The notes: generated by a model not told the origin, from the letters alone. DNA of 64,000 nt from Lactobacillus johnsonii (GCA_949888035.1 CATLCE010000003.1:41084-105083), one strand, 5' to 3'. Positions 40,595-51,262 are shown, counted from the first letter of the stretch. Numbers and translations are program-made.

Positions 40595-41950
40595 ATGGCT
40601 GATAACCTTTCAACAAATAAAAAAGTTGTAAGTAAAGGCTATAAATATTTTATGGTGTTTCTGTGTATGTTAACTCAAGCCATTCCTTATGGAGTTGCTC
40701 AGTTAATACAGCCTTTATTTGTACACCCATTAGTTAATACTTTTCATTTTACATTAGCTTCTTATACATTAATTTTTACTTTTGGTGCGGTAGTTGGTTC
40801 AATAGTTTCACCTTTTGTTGGAAAGGCATTACAAAAAGTAAACTTTAAACTTCTATATATCATTGGTATTGTTTTGTCAGCTGGTGCTTATGTAATTTTT
40901 GGAATAAGTACGAAACTTCCTGAGTTTTATATAGCAGGCATAGTATGTATGGTAGGTTCAACATTTTATTCTGGACAAGGTGTTCCGTGGGTAATTAACC
41001 ACTGGTTTCCTTTAAAAGGGCGTGGCGTTGCATTAGGACTTGCCTTTTGTGGTGGATCAATTGGTGATATTTTTCTGCAACCTATTACCCAGGAAATCTT
41101 GAAGCACTTTATGACTGGTAATGCTAAAACTGGCCATTTAACTTCAATGGCTCCATTTTTTATTTTTGCAGCTGTCTTATTAATTGTTGGATTAATAATT
41201 GCTGCTTTCATTAGAGTGCCTAAATCAACTGAGACTTTGGCACTCAAAAAAGAAGTTAAGAAGAATAAAAAAGCAGCTCATGAAAAGGCTGCTCATGAAT
41301 TCCAAGGTTGGAGCGGTAAACAAGTTTTAAAGATGAAATGGTTCTGGATTTTTAGTATTGGCTTCATGATTATTGGATTAGGGCTAGCCTCTTTAAATGA
41401 AGATTATGCCGCTTTTTTAGACACTAAATTGTCGCTTACTGAAGTAGGAATTATTGGTTCTGTTTTTGGGATAGCCGGGATTGTCGGAAATATTTCCGGA
41501 GGATATTTATTCGATAAGTTTGGTACAGCTAAATCAATGACTTATGCTGGAATTATGTTAATTATTTCAATTTTAATGATGATTTTTATTTCATTTCATC
41601 CCTATGACAGTAGGATAAGTTTGTATGCTGGTATGGGTTGGGCTATTACAAGTGGCCTATCAGTATTTAGCTATATGTCTGGTCCAGCATTTATGGCTAA
41701 AAGCTTGTTTGGTTCAAAAGCACAAGGCGTTAACTTGGGATACATTAGTTTGGCATATGCTATTGGTTTTGCTATCGGTGCACCTCTCTTTGGTGTAATA
41801 AAAGGAATTACTAATTTTACAATAGCATGGTGCTTCACTATCGCTTTTGTTGCGATTGGATTTATATTATTAATAATTGCAGCCATTAGAATTAAAGAGA
41901 TACAAAGAGAAATGGTTGCTGATAAGCCAGATATTGTTTTGGAAAAGTAA
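40595..41950 (+). CDS. Conjugated bile salt MFS transporter
   Basis: About 12 TMs; paralog of the next gene; lies upstream of bsh as in the L. johnsonii cbsT-cbsT-cbsH operon. Confidence 0.85.
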   Translation: MADNLSTNKKVVSKGYKYFMVFLCMLTQAIPYGVAQLIQPLFVHPLVNTFHFTLASYTLIFTFGAVVGSIVSPFVGKALQKVNFKLLYIIGIVLSAGAYVIFGISTKLPEFYIAGIVCMVGSTFYSGQGVPWVINHWFPLKGRGVALGLAFCGGSIGDIFLQPITQEILKHFMTGNAKTGHLTSMAPFFIFAAVLLIVGLIIAAFIRVPKSTETLALKKEVKKNKKAAHEKAAHEFQGWSGKQVLKMKWFWIFSIGFMIIGLGLASLNEDYAAFLDTKLSLTEVGIIGSVFGIAGIVGNISGGYLFDKFGTAKSMTYAGIMLIISILMMIFISFHPYDSRISLYAGMGWAITSGLSVFSYMSGPAFMAKSLFGSKAQGVNLGYISLAYAIGFAIGAPLFGVIKGITNFTIAWCFTIAFVAIGFILLIIAAIRIKEIQREMVADKPDIVLEK

Positions 41951-41975
41951 AACAATTTAGAAGGAGGAGGTTATT

Positions 41976-43334
41976 ATGGCTAGTGCAAGTAATGAAAAAA
42001 CTGTCAGCAAAGCATATAAATACTTTATGGTATTTCTGTGTATGCTTACTCAAGCAATTCCATATGGGATTGCTCAAAATATTCAGCCACTTTTTGTACA
42101 CCCATTAGTTAATACTTTTCATTTTACCTTGGCATCATATACATTGATTTTTACTTTTGGTGCTGTGGCAGCATCTATTGCATCACCATTTATTGGTAAA
42201 GGTCTTGAAAAGATAAATTTTAGGGTAATGTATTTAATTGGTATTGGTCTTTCAGCAATTGCCTATGTAATTTTTGGAATTAGTACAAAATTACCTGAAT
42301 TTTATATTGCGGCTATCATTTGTATGATTGGGTCAACATTTTATTCTGGCCAAGGTGTTCCTTGGGTAATTAATCACTGGTTTCCTGCAAAAGGTCGTGG
42401 GGCTGCCTTAGGAGTTGCCTTTTGTGGTGGTTCGATTGGTAATATCTTTTTGCAACCTGCTACTCAAGCAATCTTGAAGCACTTTATGACTGGTAATACT
42501 AAAACTGGCCATTTAACTTCAATGGCTCCTTTCTTTATTTTTGCGATTGCACTGCTAGTTGTAGGTGTAATTATTGCAATATTTATTAGAACGCCTAAAA
42601 AGAATGAAATTGTAGTTAGCGAACAAGAATTGAAAGAAAGTAAAGCCGCCCAAGAAAAGGCAAAAGCAGAAGAATTTCAAGGCTGGAGCGGTAAGCAAGT
42701 TTTAAAAATGAAATGGTTTTGGATTTTTAGCTTGGGCTTTCTGATTATTGGTTTAGGACTAGCTTCTTTAAATGAAGACTATGCCGCTTTTCTTGATACT
42801 AAATTATCATTAACAGATGTTGGTCTAATAGGATCCATGTATGGAGTTGGTTGCTTAATTGGTAATGTATCCGGTGGGATCTTATTCGATAAATTTGGTA
42901 CAGCTAAATCTATGACATATGCGGGATGCATGTATGTTTTATCTATTGCTATGATGATCTTTGTAAGTTTACAACCATATGGGTCTCATGTAAGCAAAGT
43001 AGCTGGAATAGCATATTCAATTTTTTGTGGTTTGGCCGTATTTAGCTATATGTCTGGTCCAGCATTTATGGCGAAAGATTTATTTGGTGCTAAAGATCAA
43101 GGAGTAATGTTAGGGTATGTCGGTCTTGCATATGCTATTGGATTTGCTATTGGTGCACCTTTATTTGGGATTATTAAAGGAAAGGCCAGTTTTACAGTAG
43201 CATGGTACTTCATGATGGCCTTTGTAATTGTGGGCTTCGTACTTTTAGTTATTTCAGTAATTAGGATTAAGAAAATTCAAAGAGTTTATATTGCTAAACA
43301 TCAAAATCAAAAGGCTGAAGTTAAGGAGGATTAA
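41976..43334 (+). CDS. Conjugated bile salt MFS transporter
   Basis: About 12 TMs; tandem paralog directly upstream of bsh. Confidence 0.85.
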   Translation: MASASNEKTVSKAYKYFMVFLCMLTQAIPYGIAQNIQPLFVHPLVNTFHFTLASYTLIFTFGAVAASIASPFIGKGLEKINFRVMYLIGIGLSAIAYVIFGISTKLPEFYIAAIICMIGSTFYSGQGVPWVINHWFPAKGRGAALGVAFCGGSIGNIFLQPATQAILKHFMTGNTKTGHLTSMAPFFIFAIALLVVGVIIAIFIRTPKKNEIVVSEQELKESKAAQEKAKAEEFQGWSGKQVLKMKWFWIFSLGFLIIGLGLASLNEDYAAFLDTKLSLTDVGLIGSMYGVGCLIGNVSGGILFDKFGTAKSMTYAGCMYVLSIAMMIFVSLQPYGSHVSKVAGIAYSIFCGLAVFSYMSGPAFMAKDLFGAKDQGVMLGYVGLAYAIGFAIGAPLFGIIKGKASFTVAWYFMMAFVIVGFVLLVISVIRIKKIQRVYIAKHQNQKAEVKED

Positions 43335-43336
43335 AA

Positions 43337-44287
43337 ATGTGTACAGGTTTAAGATTTACAGATGATCAAGGAAATTTGTATTTTGGTAGAAATCTTGATG
43401 TGGGTCAAGATTATGGTGAAAAAGTAATCGTTACGCCACGTAATTATCCCTTACCATATAAATTCTTAGCTGATAGCAAGACTAGCAAAGCTGTTATTGG
43501 AATGGGAATAGTAGTAGATGGCTATCCTTCTTATTTTGATTGTTTCAATGAAGATGGTTTGGGAATAGCTGGTTTAAACTTCCCTCATTATGCCCAATTT
43601 AGTAAAGAACCAGTGGATGGAAAAATTAATTTAGCTTCTTATGAGATTATGCTTTGGGTAACGCAAAACTTTACTACAGTTAAAGAAGTAAAGGAAGCTT
43701 TGAAAAATGTAAACTTAGTCAGTGAAGCTATTAATTCAGATTTTGCAGTTGCTCCTCTTCACTGGATTATCAGTGATAATGAAGAAGCAATTGTTGTGGA
43801 AGTTTCTAAACAATATGGGATGAAAGTTTTTGAAGATAAGTTAGGCGTTTTAACTAATAGTCCAGATTTTAACTGGCAAGTAACTAATTTAGGAAATTAT
43901 ACTGGTTTGAGTCCTCATGATGCTACGGTTCAAAATTGGAAGGGCCAAGAAGTTATGCCATGGGGTGTTGGGACTGGTAGCTTGGGTTTACCGGGCGATA
44001 GTATTCCTGCTTCTCGATTTGCCAAAGTAGCATATTTGAATGCAAATTATCCTACTCAAAAAGGTGAAACTGCTAATGTGGCAAAATTCTTTAATATTTT
44101 GAAATCAGTCGCTATGGTAAAAGGCAGCGTCATTAACAATCAAGGAAAAGATGAATACACAGTTTACACGGCTTGCTATTCATCAAAGACGAAGACATAT
44201 TATTGTAATTATGCCACTGATTTTGAATTGAAAAAATATACAATTACTGATGAAAATTTGAATCTAAATAAACTTACGATTTATTGA
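43337..44287 (+). CDS. bsh: Bile salt (choloylglycine) hydrolase
   Basis: MCTG N-terminal nucleophile; GRNLD, NEDGL, LTNSP and LPGD..SRF motifs. Confidence 0.93.
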   Translation: MCTGLRFTDDQGNLYFGRNLDVGQDYGEKVIVTPRNYPLPYKFLADSKTSKAVIGMGIVVDGYPSYFDCFNEDGLGIAGLNFPHYAQFSKEPVDGKINLASYEIMLWVTQNFTTVKEVKEALKNVNLVSEAINSDFAVAPLHWIISDNEEAIVVEVSKQYGMKVFEDKLGVLTNSPDFNWQVTNLGNYTGLSPHDATVQNWKGQEVMPWGVGTGSLGLPGDSIPASRFAKVAYLNANYPTQKGETANVAKFFNILKSVAMVKGSVINNQGKDEYTVYTACYSSKTKTYYCNYATDFELKKYTITDENLNLNKLTIY

Positions 44288-44300
44288 AAATTTTGATCAA

Positions 44301-44343
44301 AAAATAGCCTCTAGATTCCCAAAAAAATCTAGGGGCTATTTTA
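44301..44343. terminator. Bidirectional terminator between bsh and pepR
   Basis: AAAATAGCCTCTAGATT...AATCTAGGGGCTATTTT. Confidence 0.8.
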
Positions 44344-44347
44344 TTGG

Positions 44348-45262
44348 TTATTCACCTTTGAAACTACCATTTTCAACTTCACGGATAAAGTCGGCTAAGT
44401 GTTTATAATAAATATCTGGATTATCAACCATGTGGTGATGACCACCGTCTGGTGTAGTTACTAAACGAGAATTTGGAATTTCCTTTTGCATAATTTTAGC
44501 AGTAGAAATTGGCATTGTTTCTTGTTCACCAAAAGTTAAAAGAGTTGGAACCTTAATGTTCTTTAATTGATCTCTAAAGTGCCAATCTTTAAGCTTCCCA
44601 GTAATGACAAATTCATTGTCGCCTTGGAATGCGTGGTAAACATCACTGCCACCGATATCCTTTAAGTGGTAAAGCTTTGAAGGCTGCTTTCTATCAACGA
44701 AGTTAATGTTTAAAATTTGAACGTCATCTTGGTAACGTTTGTTATCGTAGTCATTATTTTCTTCACATTTATGCATGAAATCAATTTCACTTTGTGGAAG
44801 AACTTCTTGACGGCGACGGTTTACAGATTCTACATATTCATCAATTTCATCAACCATTGAAGAAATGATAGCACCCTTTAAGTGTTGACCATATTTTACA
44901 GCATATTCTTGAACTAACAAGCCACCCCAGCTTTGACCAATTAAATAGAAATTGTCTAGGCCTAATTTTTCTCGAACTTCGTCAACTTCATCTAAGAAAT
45001 ATTCATAAGTTAGATATTTTTTAGCGATTTTTGGATCAGAATAATCAGGTTGATCTGAATATAAAGAGCCTAATTGGTCATACATGGTAACTTGAACGTT
45101 AAGACCTTGCTTCTTCAATTGTTCTGCAGTATCTTCCCAGTATTCGTGATTACCACCAGGACCCCCGTGAAGGGCGAGTAAATGAATGTCACCTTCACCT
45201 TGAGTATTAGTCCAAAGATGATAACCGTTGTCTAGAGTAATAATTTTAGTACCTGTCTTCAT
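44348..45262 (-). CDS. pepR: Prolinase / proline-specific peptidase (S33)
   Basis: HGGPGG and GQSWGG motifs; MKTGTKIITLDNGYHLWT N-terminus. Confidence 0.85.
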   Translation of the reverse strand: MKTGTKIITLDNGYHLWTNTQGEGDIHLLALHGGPGGNHEYWEDTAEQLKKQGLNVQVTMYDQLGSLYSDQPDYSDPKIAKKYLTYEYFLDEVDEVREKLGLDNFYLIGQSWGGLLVQEYAVKYGQHLKGAIISSMVDEIDEYVESVNRRRQEVLPQSEIDFMHKCEENNDYDNKRYQDDVQILNINFVDRKQPSKLYHLKDIGGSDVYHAFQGDNEFVITGKLKDWHFRDQLKNIKVPTLLTFGEQETMPISTAKIMQKEIPNSRLVTTPDGGHHHMVDNPDIYYKHLADFIREVENGSFKGE

Positions 45263-45391
45263 TTGTAAACCCCTTTTCAACATTTCTTTCCATTCTACAT
45301 CATTCGTTGATATCTAGCTAATTTGAGAAATTGCTACCTTTTCGCGTATAATGTTTCCAGTAATAAGTTTGAAGGGAAAAAGCAGTTTTTT

Positions 45392-46996
45392 ATGAGTTTA
45401 AAATATGCGAAAAAAAGCCAAGTTGTGTTGTTTACAATTTTGGCAGCAATTAAAGCCTGTAATATTGTCTTTGTTGCTTATATGATCAAAATTATGCTTA
45501 ATGTTGCTTCTTCAGGATCGCATGATTACATGCATCTAGTCTGTTTGGCAATTTTAACTGGACTTGGTCAATTATGTTTTATGGCAAGTAATTTTGTATA
45601 TGAAACGGTTAAAATGACCATTGTTCGAGACGTAAATATGGTCTTCAAGAGAGCGAATCTAACTTATTTAGTAGATCAGGGTAATCCAGATATCAAAAAT
45701 GGATTATCTTTATTGACTAATGATTTAAAACAGATTGAAACAAATCGTGTAAATGCTCAATTGGATATGATTTTACAGGGATTAACTTTTATTGGTGCAA
45801 TTAGTTTTGCTTTTTATTCTTCTTGGCAAATGACTGTAGTTTTTGTAGTGGCAATGATTGTACCCGCCTTAATTCAAATGATTACCAGTCCAGTTATTAC
45901 CAAAAAATCAAAAATTTGGGCAGCTAAGAATGCAATTTATACCCAGAATGTTTCTGACTCTTTAAACGGAGCTCAATCAGCTAAATTATATAATGTCCAA
46001 GAGAATGTGGTGAGTCGTGCTATTAATGCTGCTCGTAATATGGAAAATGCTTTGAGAAAAATGTCCTTAACTCAAGCATGGGCGTTGGAATTAATTTATT
46101 CTGCTGCTGAATTATTTTGTTTTATAATTCCATGTACCATTGGCGGTATTTTAATGATGCAGGGCCAATTGGAAGTAGGAACGCTGGTAATGATGGTTGA
46201 CTTGGCAATGAACTTCATAACGCCAGTTGTAACGCTCTTTAATGAATTTAATCAAGTTAAATCTACAGTTCCAATGTGGGAAAAAACTAAGAAGGCTCTC
46301 AACTATACGTTTAAGCATAATAAGCATATTCCAGGTGATTTTGAAGGGATGCAAATTCGGGATTTATCTTATGTAACGCATAAAGATAAAAAACGGATTT
46401 TTGAAAATGTAAACTTGGATGTTCAACCTGGTGAAAAGGTTCTCTTGATGGCTCCAAGTGGTTGGGGAAAAACCACCCTTTTAAGGTTAATGTTAGGATT
46501 AAAAAAGCCGAAAAATGGAGAGATTATTATCAATCAGAAAAATGTTTCAGGTGATTGGGAAAAGGCTCATAATTTTTATTCCTATGTGAATCAAAAACCA
46601 TTTATGTTTGATGATACTTTGCGCTTTAATATCACGTTGGGTAGAAAAGTAAGTGATAAAGAATTACAAGTAGCAATTAAAGAAGCTGGCTTAGAAGATT
46701 TAGTGAAAGAGCATGGCCTAGATAGCAATGTCGGCGAAGATGGGAATAATTTATCTGGGGGACAGATTCAGAGGGTTGAGATTGCACGCGCACTTTTGTC
46801 CCAAAGACCAATTTTGTTAGCTGATGAAGCTACTAGTGCGTTAGATCCTAATTTATCCTTGGCAATTCATAAAACTTTACTTGAAAATCCAAAAATCGCT
46901 GTTATTGAAGTAGCACATAAAATTTCAGAAAAAGAAAAATCGATGTTTGATAAAATTGTTCATTTGGATAAACATCGTATAGAAACAAAAATGTGA
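45392..46996 (+). CDS. ABC exporter, fused permease/ATPase
   Basis: TM domain plus APSGWGKT, LSGGQ and DEATSALD motifs. Confidence 0.9.
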   Translation: MSLKYAKKSQVVLFTILAAIKACNIVFVAYMIKIMLNVASSGSHDYMHLVCLAILTGLGQLCFMASNFVYETVKMTIVRDVNMVFKRANLTYLVDQGNPDIKNGLSLLTNDLKQIETNRVNAQLDMILQGLTFIGAISFAFYSSWQMTVVFVVAMIVPALIQMITSPVITKKSKIWAAKNAIYTQNVSDSLNGAQSAKLYNVQENVVSRAINAARNMENALRKMSLTQAWALELIYSAAELFCFIIPCTIGGILMMQGQLEVGTLVMMVDLAMNFITPVVTLFNEFNQVKSTVPMWEKTKKALNYTFKHNKHIPGDFEGMQIRDLSYVTHKDKKRIFENVNLDVQPGEKVLLMAPSGWGKTTLLRLMLGLKKPKNGEIIINQKNVSGDWEKAHNFYSYVNQKPFMFDDTLRFNITLGRKVSDKELQVAIKEAGLEDLVKEHGLDSNVGEDGNNLSGGQIQRVEIARALLSQRPILLADEATSALDPNLSLAIHKTLLENPKIAVIEVAHKISEKEKSMFDKIVHLDKHRIETKM

Positions 46997-47051
46997 TTTT
47001 TTATATAAAATAAATATACTTATATTAATTAAATTAGCTATTTTCTTGCTA

Positions 47052-47065
47052 TGAAACAGCTTACA
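47052..47065 (+). promoter_or_regulatory. cre-like (CcpA) site within promoter spacer
   Basis: TGAAACAGCTTACA between TTGCTA and TACAAT (17-bp spacing). Confidence 0.45.
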
Positions 47066-47115
47066 TAATACAATGGATTTGTATAAAGTTTGTGTTTATC
47101 AAAGGAGTTTTAATT

Positions 47116-47874
47116 ATGGCAGAACCTAAGTGGCTTAAAGATATGAATCCCGATGAATATATGAAAGAAGATTTCAAGGCAGAAGGAAAGTCCGAAGCTG
47201 GTACTACAATTGAGGGAATTGACAAAAATGATCCAGATTGGCTGGAAAAAGCAGCTAAAAAAGTTCATGCAGCTGAAGGTAGCGATTATGTAAAACTAGA
47301 TGCAGGGTTAATGACAGTGGATCAACTTAACTGGATGCTTCGTAGTACTATTGGGGAATTAACTTTTGTTGATGATAACAATCAATTTTTATGGTACAAC
47401 CGTCCAACCGATCCTAATTATAAGATGAAGGCTAAACGTACTCCTGACCAAGTTGGGGATACTATGGGTGCAGTTCACCCTAATGTGGGAGATGTGATTC
47501 CTGAAGCTAAAAAAGTGGTTCATGCCCTTCGTACTAAGCAAGATGGTCATGATGATGTATACATGCCAGTTCCCACAGGTAATTTAAAAGAATTGGTTTT
47601 GCATTATTACAAGCGTGTTGAAGATGATAAGGGCAATTACGCTGGTATTTATGAATGGGTTCAAGATTTATATCCACTTGTTAAATATTTCTGCGAGACT
47701 ACTGGTCAAAAATTAGTCGTAGATCCAGATGCAACAACCGGTGCAACTTACCGTCGCAATTCAGATCCAGATGCAAAAACTGGTGCTTCGACAAAAGCTG
47801 AAGCTGAAGAAGAAAAGAAAGAAGAAAAGAAGGAAGAAAAGCCTGATACAACAACAGGTGCCTCGCAATATTAA
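47116..47874 (+). CDS. PAS-domain protein of the type usually fused to flavin reductases
   Basis: ELTFVDDNNQFLWYN motif; three D(A/T)xTGA(S/T) repeats at the C-terminus. Confidence 0.7.
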   Translation: MAEPKWLKDMNPDEYMKEDFKAEGKSEAGTTIEGIDKNDPDWLEKAAKKVHAAEGSDYVKLDAGLMTVDQLNWMLRSTIGELTFVDDNNQFLWYNRPTDPNYKMKAKRTPDQVGDTMGAVHPNVGDVIPEAKKVVHALRTKQDGHDDVYMPVPTGNLKELVLHYYKRVEDDKGNYAGIYEWVQDLYPLVKYFCETTGQKLVVDPDATTGATYRRNSDPDAKTGASTKAEAEEEKKEEKKEEKPDTTTGASQY

Positions 47875-48010
47875 TATTTTTTCTAAAAAAGGGTGGCGAA
47901 AGCTGCTCTTTTTTTGCATAGCAAAATAAAAATAAAAGTCAATTCTTGTATTTAAAAAATCAGGCTACTATACTAGATAATGTCGTTTTTAAGAAAAAAG
48001 TTCGCTTCAA

Positions 48011-48026
48011 ACACAATATATAGTGT
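48011..48026. promoter_or_regulatory. NrdR box
   Basis: ACACAATATATAGTGT matches the consensus acaCwAtATaTwGtgt. Confidence 0.8.
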
Positions 48027-48057
48027 TTAGGGGCATAGAATGGAATGGGGAGACTTT

Positions 48058-48801
48058 ATGCATACTGATAACAACGAGAATTATTTTGTCTGGCTTTTTA
48101 ATCAATTAAAAGGCTGGCCTGTACAAAACTACATGCTTTGGTTTTTTGCTTTTGGCTTTCAACTTGCACTTTTAATTCAGCAAAAGATGACGGCAGTCAC
48201 TATCATCACTTTTATTGGTACTTTACTTGGTACTTTATGTGTGCTCGCAATTAACGCTACTAAAGCAATCAATGGTTGGCTTGGGTTGATTTCTGCAGCT
48301 TGTTTTATTTATGCAGGACTTGAAGCTAAGAACTACTTATCAATTTTTGAACAAATTGCTTATATTGCTACTCTTGATTTGCCAGTTATTCTTTCAGTAA
48401 AGTCATGGAACGATGATACTAAGAACCACTTGCGAAAGTTTGGGGCTAAAGAATGGGTTATTGCTATCGTTGGTACTTTAGCAGTTTATGCAGTTAGTGG
48501 TTACTTGATTGGTAAGTTTACTAATGATCCTCGTCCATGGATTGATGCTATCAGTTTTGCTATTTCTCTTACTGCTGGGATTATGTGCTTTATGCGTTAC
48601 AACAACCAATACTTTTGGTGGACAGCTAGTGGTATTTTCCAATTAATTCTTTGGGGCGTAACTTATGCCGAAGGTGATGCTACCTTAGCGATGGCTGTAA
48701 ACTCACTTATTTATGTGATTAATGATGTTTTGGCATTTACAGTTTCACCATGGTTCAATATGGGGAGACGTCGTGAAGGTCTGAAAGAAATTAAAAATTA
48801 G
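48058..48801 (+). CDS. PnuC-family nucleoside transporter
   Basis: Multi-TM; PWIDA and RYNNQYFWW motifs. Confidence 0.85.
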   Translation: MHTDNNENYFVWLFNQLKGWPVQNYMLWFFAFGFQLALLIQQKMTAVTIITFIGTLLGTLCVLAINATKAINGWLGLISAACFIYAGLEAKNYLSIFEQIAYIATLDLPVILSVKSWNDDTKNHLRKFGAKEWVIAIVGTLAVYAVSGYLIGKFTNDPRPWIDAISFAISLTAGIMCFMRYNNQYFWWTASGIFQLILWGVTYAEGDATLAMAVNSLIYVINDVLAFTVSPWFNMGRRREGLKEIKN

Positions 48802-48887
48802 TTTTTGATTTTCTAGCTACTGAGTATTTGGTCAGTAGCTTTTTTTCTGTGCTAAAATAATTTCAAAATAAGAAAGAAGGTCTGAAC

Positions 48888-50156
48888 ATGGTAGATTATG
48901 ATTTTGATTATATAAAGAACAAGTTTATCCAGTATGCAAAAATGAATACTCGCTCTGATGAAAATAGCAATGCAGTACCAACTACAAAGAGTCAAGTAAA
49001 GTTACTTAAAGAGTTAGTTTTTGAATTGAAAAAGTTAGGCTTAGTAGAAGTTTCATATTCTGAAAAGGATGCTTATACGGTTGGTAAAATTGCTGCCAAT
49101 ATTAAAGAGCAGCTTGCCCCAATTGGTTTTGTAGCGCATGTTGATACTGCTGATTTTAATGCAGATAATATTCAACCACAGATTTTTGAAAATTACGATG
49201 GTCAAGATATTGAATTAGGTCATGGGTATACTTTATCTGCCACAGAATTTCCTTCTTTGAAAAAAGTAATCGGGCAAACTTTGATCACTACTTCGGGTAA
49301 TACATTATTAGGGGCCGATGATAAAGCGGGAATTGCTGGTCTTCTGGGAATGGCAAAATATTTGAAAGATAATCCTGAAATAAAGCATGGTGATATTTGG
49401 TTTGCTTTTGGTCCAGATGAAGAAATTGGTCAAGGAGCTAAAAGATTTGATGTTAGCCGTTTTCCAGTAGAATTTTCTTATACTTTAGATAATGGAAATC
49501 CTGGCGATATTGCGTATGAAACTTTTAATGCGGCAGCTGCTAAGATCAAAATCAGAGGCACAGTCGTGCATCCCGGGGAAGCTTATCATTTAATGGTAAA
49601 TGCGACTCTGATTGCTAATGAATTCATCAATCAATTACCAGCTAATTTTGTTCCTGAAGAAAGTCGTGACTATCAAGGTTTTATCTTAATTTTACGTAAT
49701 GATGGAAATGTTGATCATGCAGAAATTGATTTAATTATTCGTGATTTCGATACAGATTCATTTTTAAAGCATAAAAAATTGATTGAGAATAGCGTGGAAT
49801 CTTTGAATCAAAAATATGGCGAAGGCCGAGTTAGTTTAAAAATGTATGATCAATATATTTCCCCTGGTGATACTATTAAAAAGCATCCCTATGTAGTGAA
49901 TTTGGTCCACCATGCTTATCAAAAGATGAATTTACCAATTAATCACGTACCTTTTCGTGGTGGAACAGATGGTAATTTTATTACGCAAAAAGGAATCCCA
50001 ACTCCAAATTTATTTAATGGAGGGGCCAACTTTCATGGACGCTATGAATACGTAACAGTTGAAAATATGCTTTTATTGGCCAAAACTTTGACTGCTATTG
50101 TGACAGAACATGTGAAATTAGATAATAATCGAGACGAAACCCCACTAACCAGATAG
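48888..50156 (+). CDS. pepT: Peptidase T
   Basis: AHVDT, LLGADDKAG, PDEEIG and RGGTDG motifs. Confidence 0.93.
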   Translation: MVDYDFDYIKNKFIQYAKMNTRSDENSNAVPTTKSQVKLLKELVFELKKLGLVEVSYSEKDAYTVGKIAANIKEQLAPIGFVAHVDTADFNADNIQPQIFENYDGQDIELGHGYTLSATEFPSLKKVIGQTLITTSGNTLLGADDKAGIAGLLGMAKYLKDNPEIKHGDIWFAFGPDEEIGQGAKRFDVSRFPVEFSYTLDNGNPGDIAYETFNAAAAKIKIRGTVVHPGEAYHLMVNATLIANEFINQLPANFVPEESRDYQGFILILRNDGNVDHAEIDLIIRDFDTDSFLKHKKLIENSVESLNQKYGEGRVSLKMYDQYISPGDTIKKHPYVVNLVHHAYQKMNLPINHVPFRGGTDGNFITQKGIPTPNLFNGGANFHGRYEYVTVENMLLLAKTLTAIVTEHVKLDNNRDETPLTR

Positions 50157-50160
50157 AATT

Positions 50161-50610
50161 ATGACTTTTTATAACATTGACTATATTAAAAATAATCAAA
50201 ATAGTGACCGAACCATATTATATGTATTAATGTTGATCGCGGCAGTAGCGATGATCATTTTTACTTTTTTATATTTAAAAGATCGTTTTGCAACTAGATA
50301 TCGTGATTTAGGAATAATCGCTTTATTGTTTCTATTGCTTTTTGCAGGAAGCCAATATGAAAAATATACTCAAATTAATTCGCAAAAGTCACAAGCTACG
50401 CAAATTATTCCATTTATTAAATCAGTTGCTCGAGACAATAATGTGGCAGAAAATGATGTATTAGTAAATTCCACTAGCTTGCAAAATGGAATGATAGTAA
50501 GAATTGATTCTAAAAATATTGATTATCAATTGAATCTTAATGATGATAATAATACTTATACATTGAATCGCGCCCATGTAATTGATCATAAAATTGATGT
50601 GAGGAAATAA
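50161..50610 (+). CDS. DUF3290 membrane protein
   Basis: MTFY..Y and TRYRDLGII motifs; paired with DUF421. Confidence 0.78.
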   Translation: MTFYNIDYIKNNQNSDRTILYVLMLIAAVAMIIFTFLYLKDRFATRYRDLGIIALLFLLLFAGSQYEKYTQINSQKSQATQIIPFIKSVARDNNVAENDVLVNSTSLQNGMIVRIDSKNIDYQLNLNDDNNTYTLNRAHVIDHKIDVRK

Positions 50611-50611
50611 G

Positions 50612-51259
50612 ATGCAATTAGACTATACTGAATTATTTATCAAATTTGCTTTAGGAATGTTAACCTTGATTTTTCAGATTAATCTTTTTGGAAAAAGCAA
50701 TCTTGCTCCCACGACAGCTTTAGATCAATTACAAAATTATGTTTTAGGTGGGATTATTGGTGGTATTATCTATAATCCTAGTATTAAAGTTTTGCAATTT
50801 TTACTTGTATTAATTGTTTGGACACTCGTTGTCTTCTTATTAAAATTTGGTCGTGATCATAATAGCTGGATTCGAAATATTGTGGACGGTAAGCCAGTTC
50901 AGGTAATTAAAAATGGGGAAGTTTTAGTTAATAATTGTATGCGTGCAGGAATTTCAGCTAATGAGTTGATGTTTAAATTGCGTAGTCGAGGAATTTATTC
51001 TGTAGCTAAAATAAAGAATTGTATTTTTGAACAAAATGGTCAGCTAACTGTCATTGAAAATGATGAGGCAAATATACGCTTTCCAATTATTAGTGATGGG
51101 CAAGCTAATATTGATGTGTTAGAACTGATTCATAAAAATGAATCTTGGCTTGAAGAAAAAGTTGAAAAAGCTGGCTATAATAGTATTAGTGACGTGTTTT
51201 TAGGCGAATATAATAAGGGTAAATTACATTTTGTGGGTTATTCAAAAGAAAAGAGATAA
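50612..51259 (+). CDS. DUF421 (YetF-like) membrane protein
   Basis: DQLQNYVLGGIIGG and EQNGQL motifs. Confidence 0.85.
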   Translation: MQLDYTELFIKFALGMLTLIFQINLFGKSNLAPTTALDQLQNYVLGGIIGGIIYNPSIKVLQFLLVLIVWTLVVFLLKFGRDHNSWIRNIVDGKPVQVIKNGEVLVNNCMRAGISANELMFKLRSRGIYSVAKIKNCIFEQNGQLTVIENDEANIRFPIISDGQANIDVLELIHKNESWLEEKVEKAGYNSISDVFLGEYNKGKLHFVGYSKEKR

Positions 51260-51262
51260 ATA

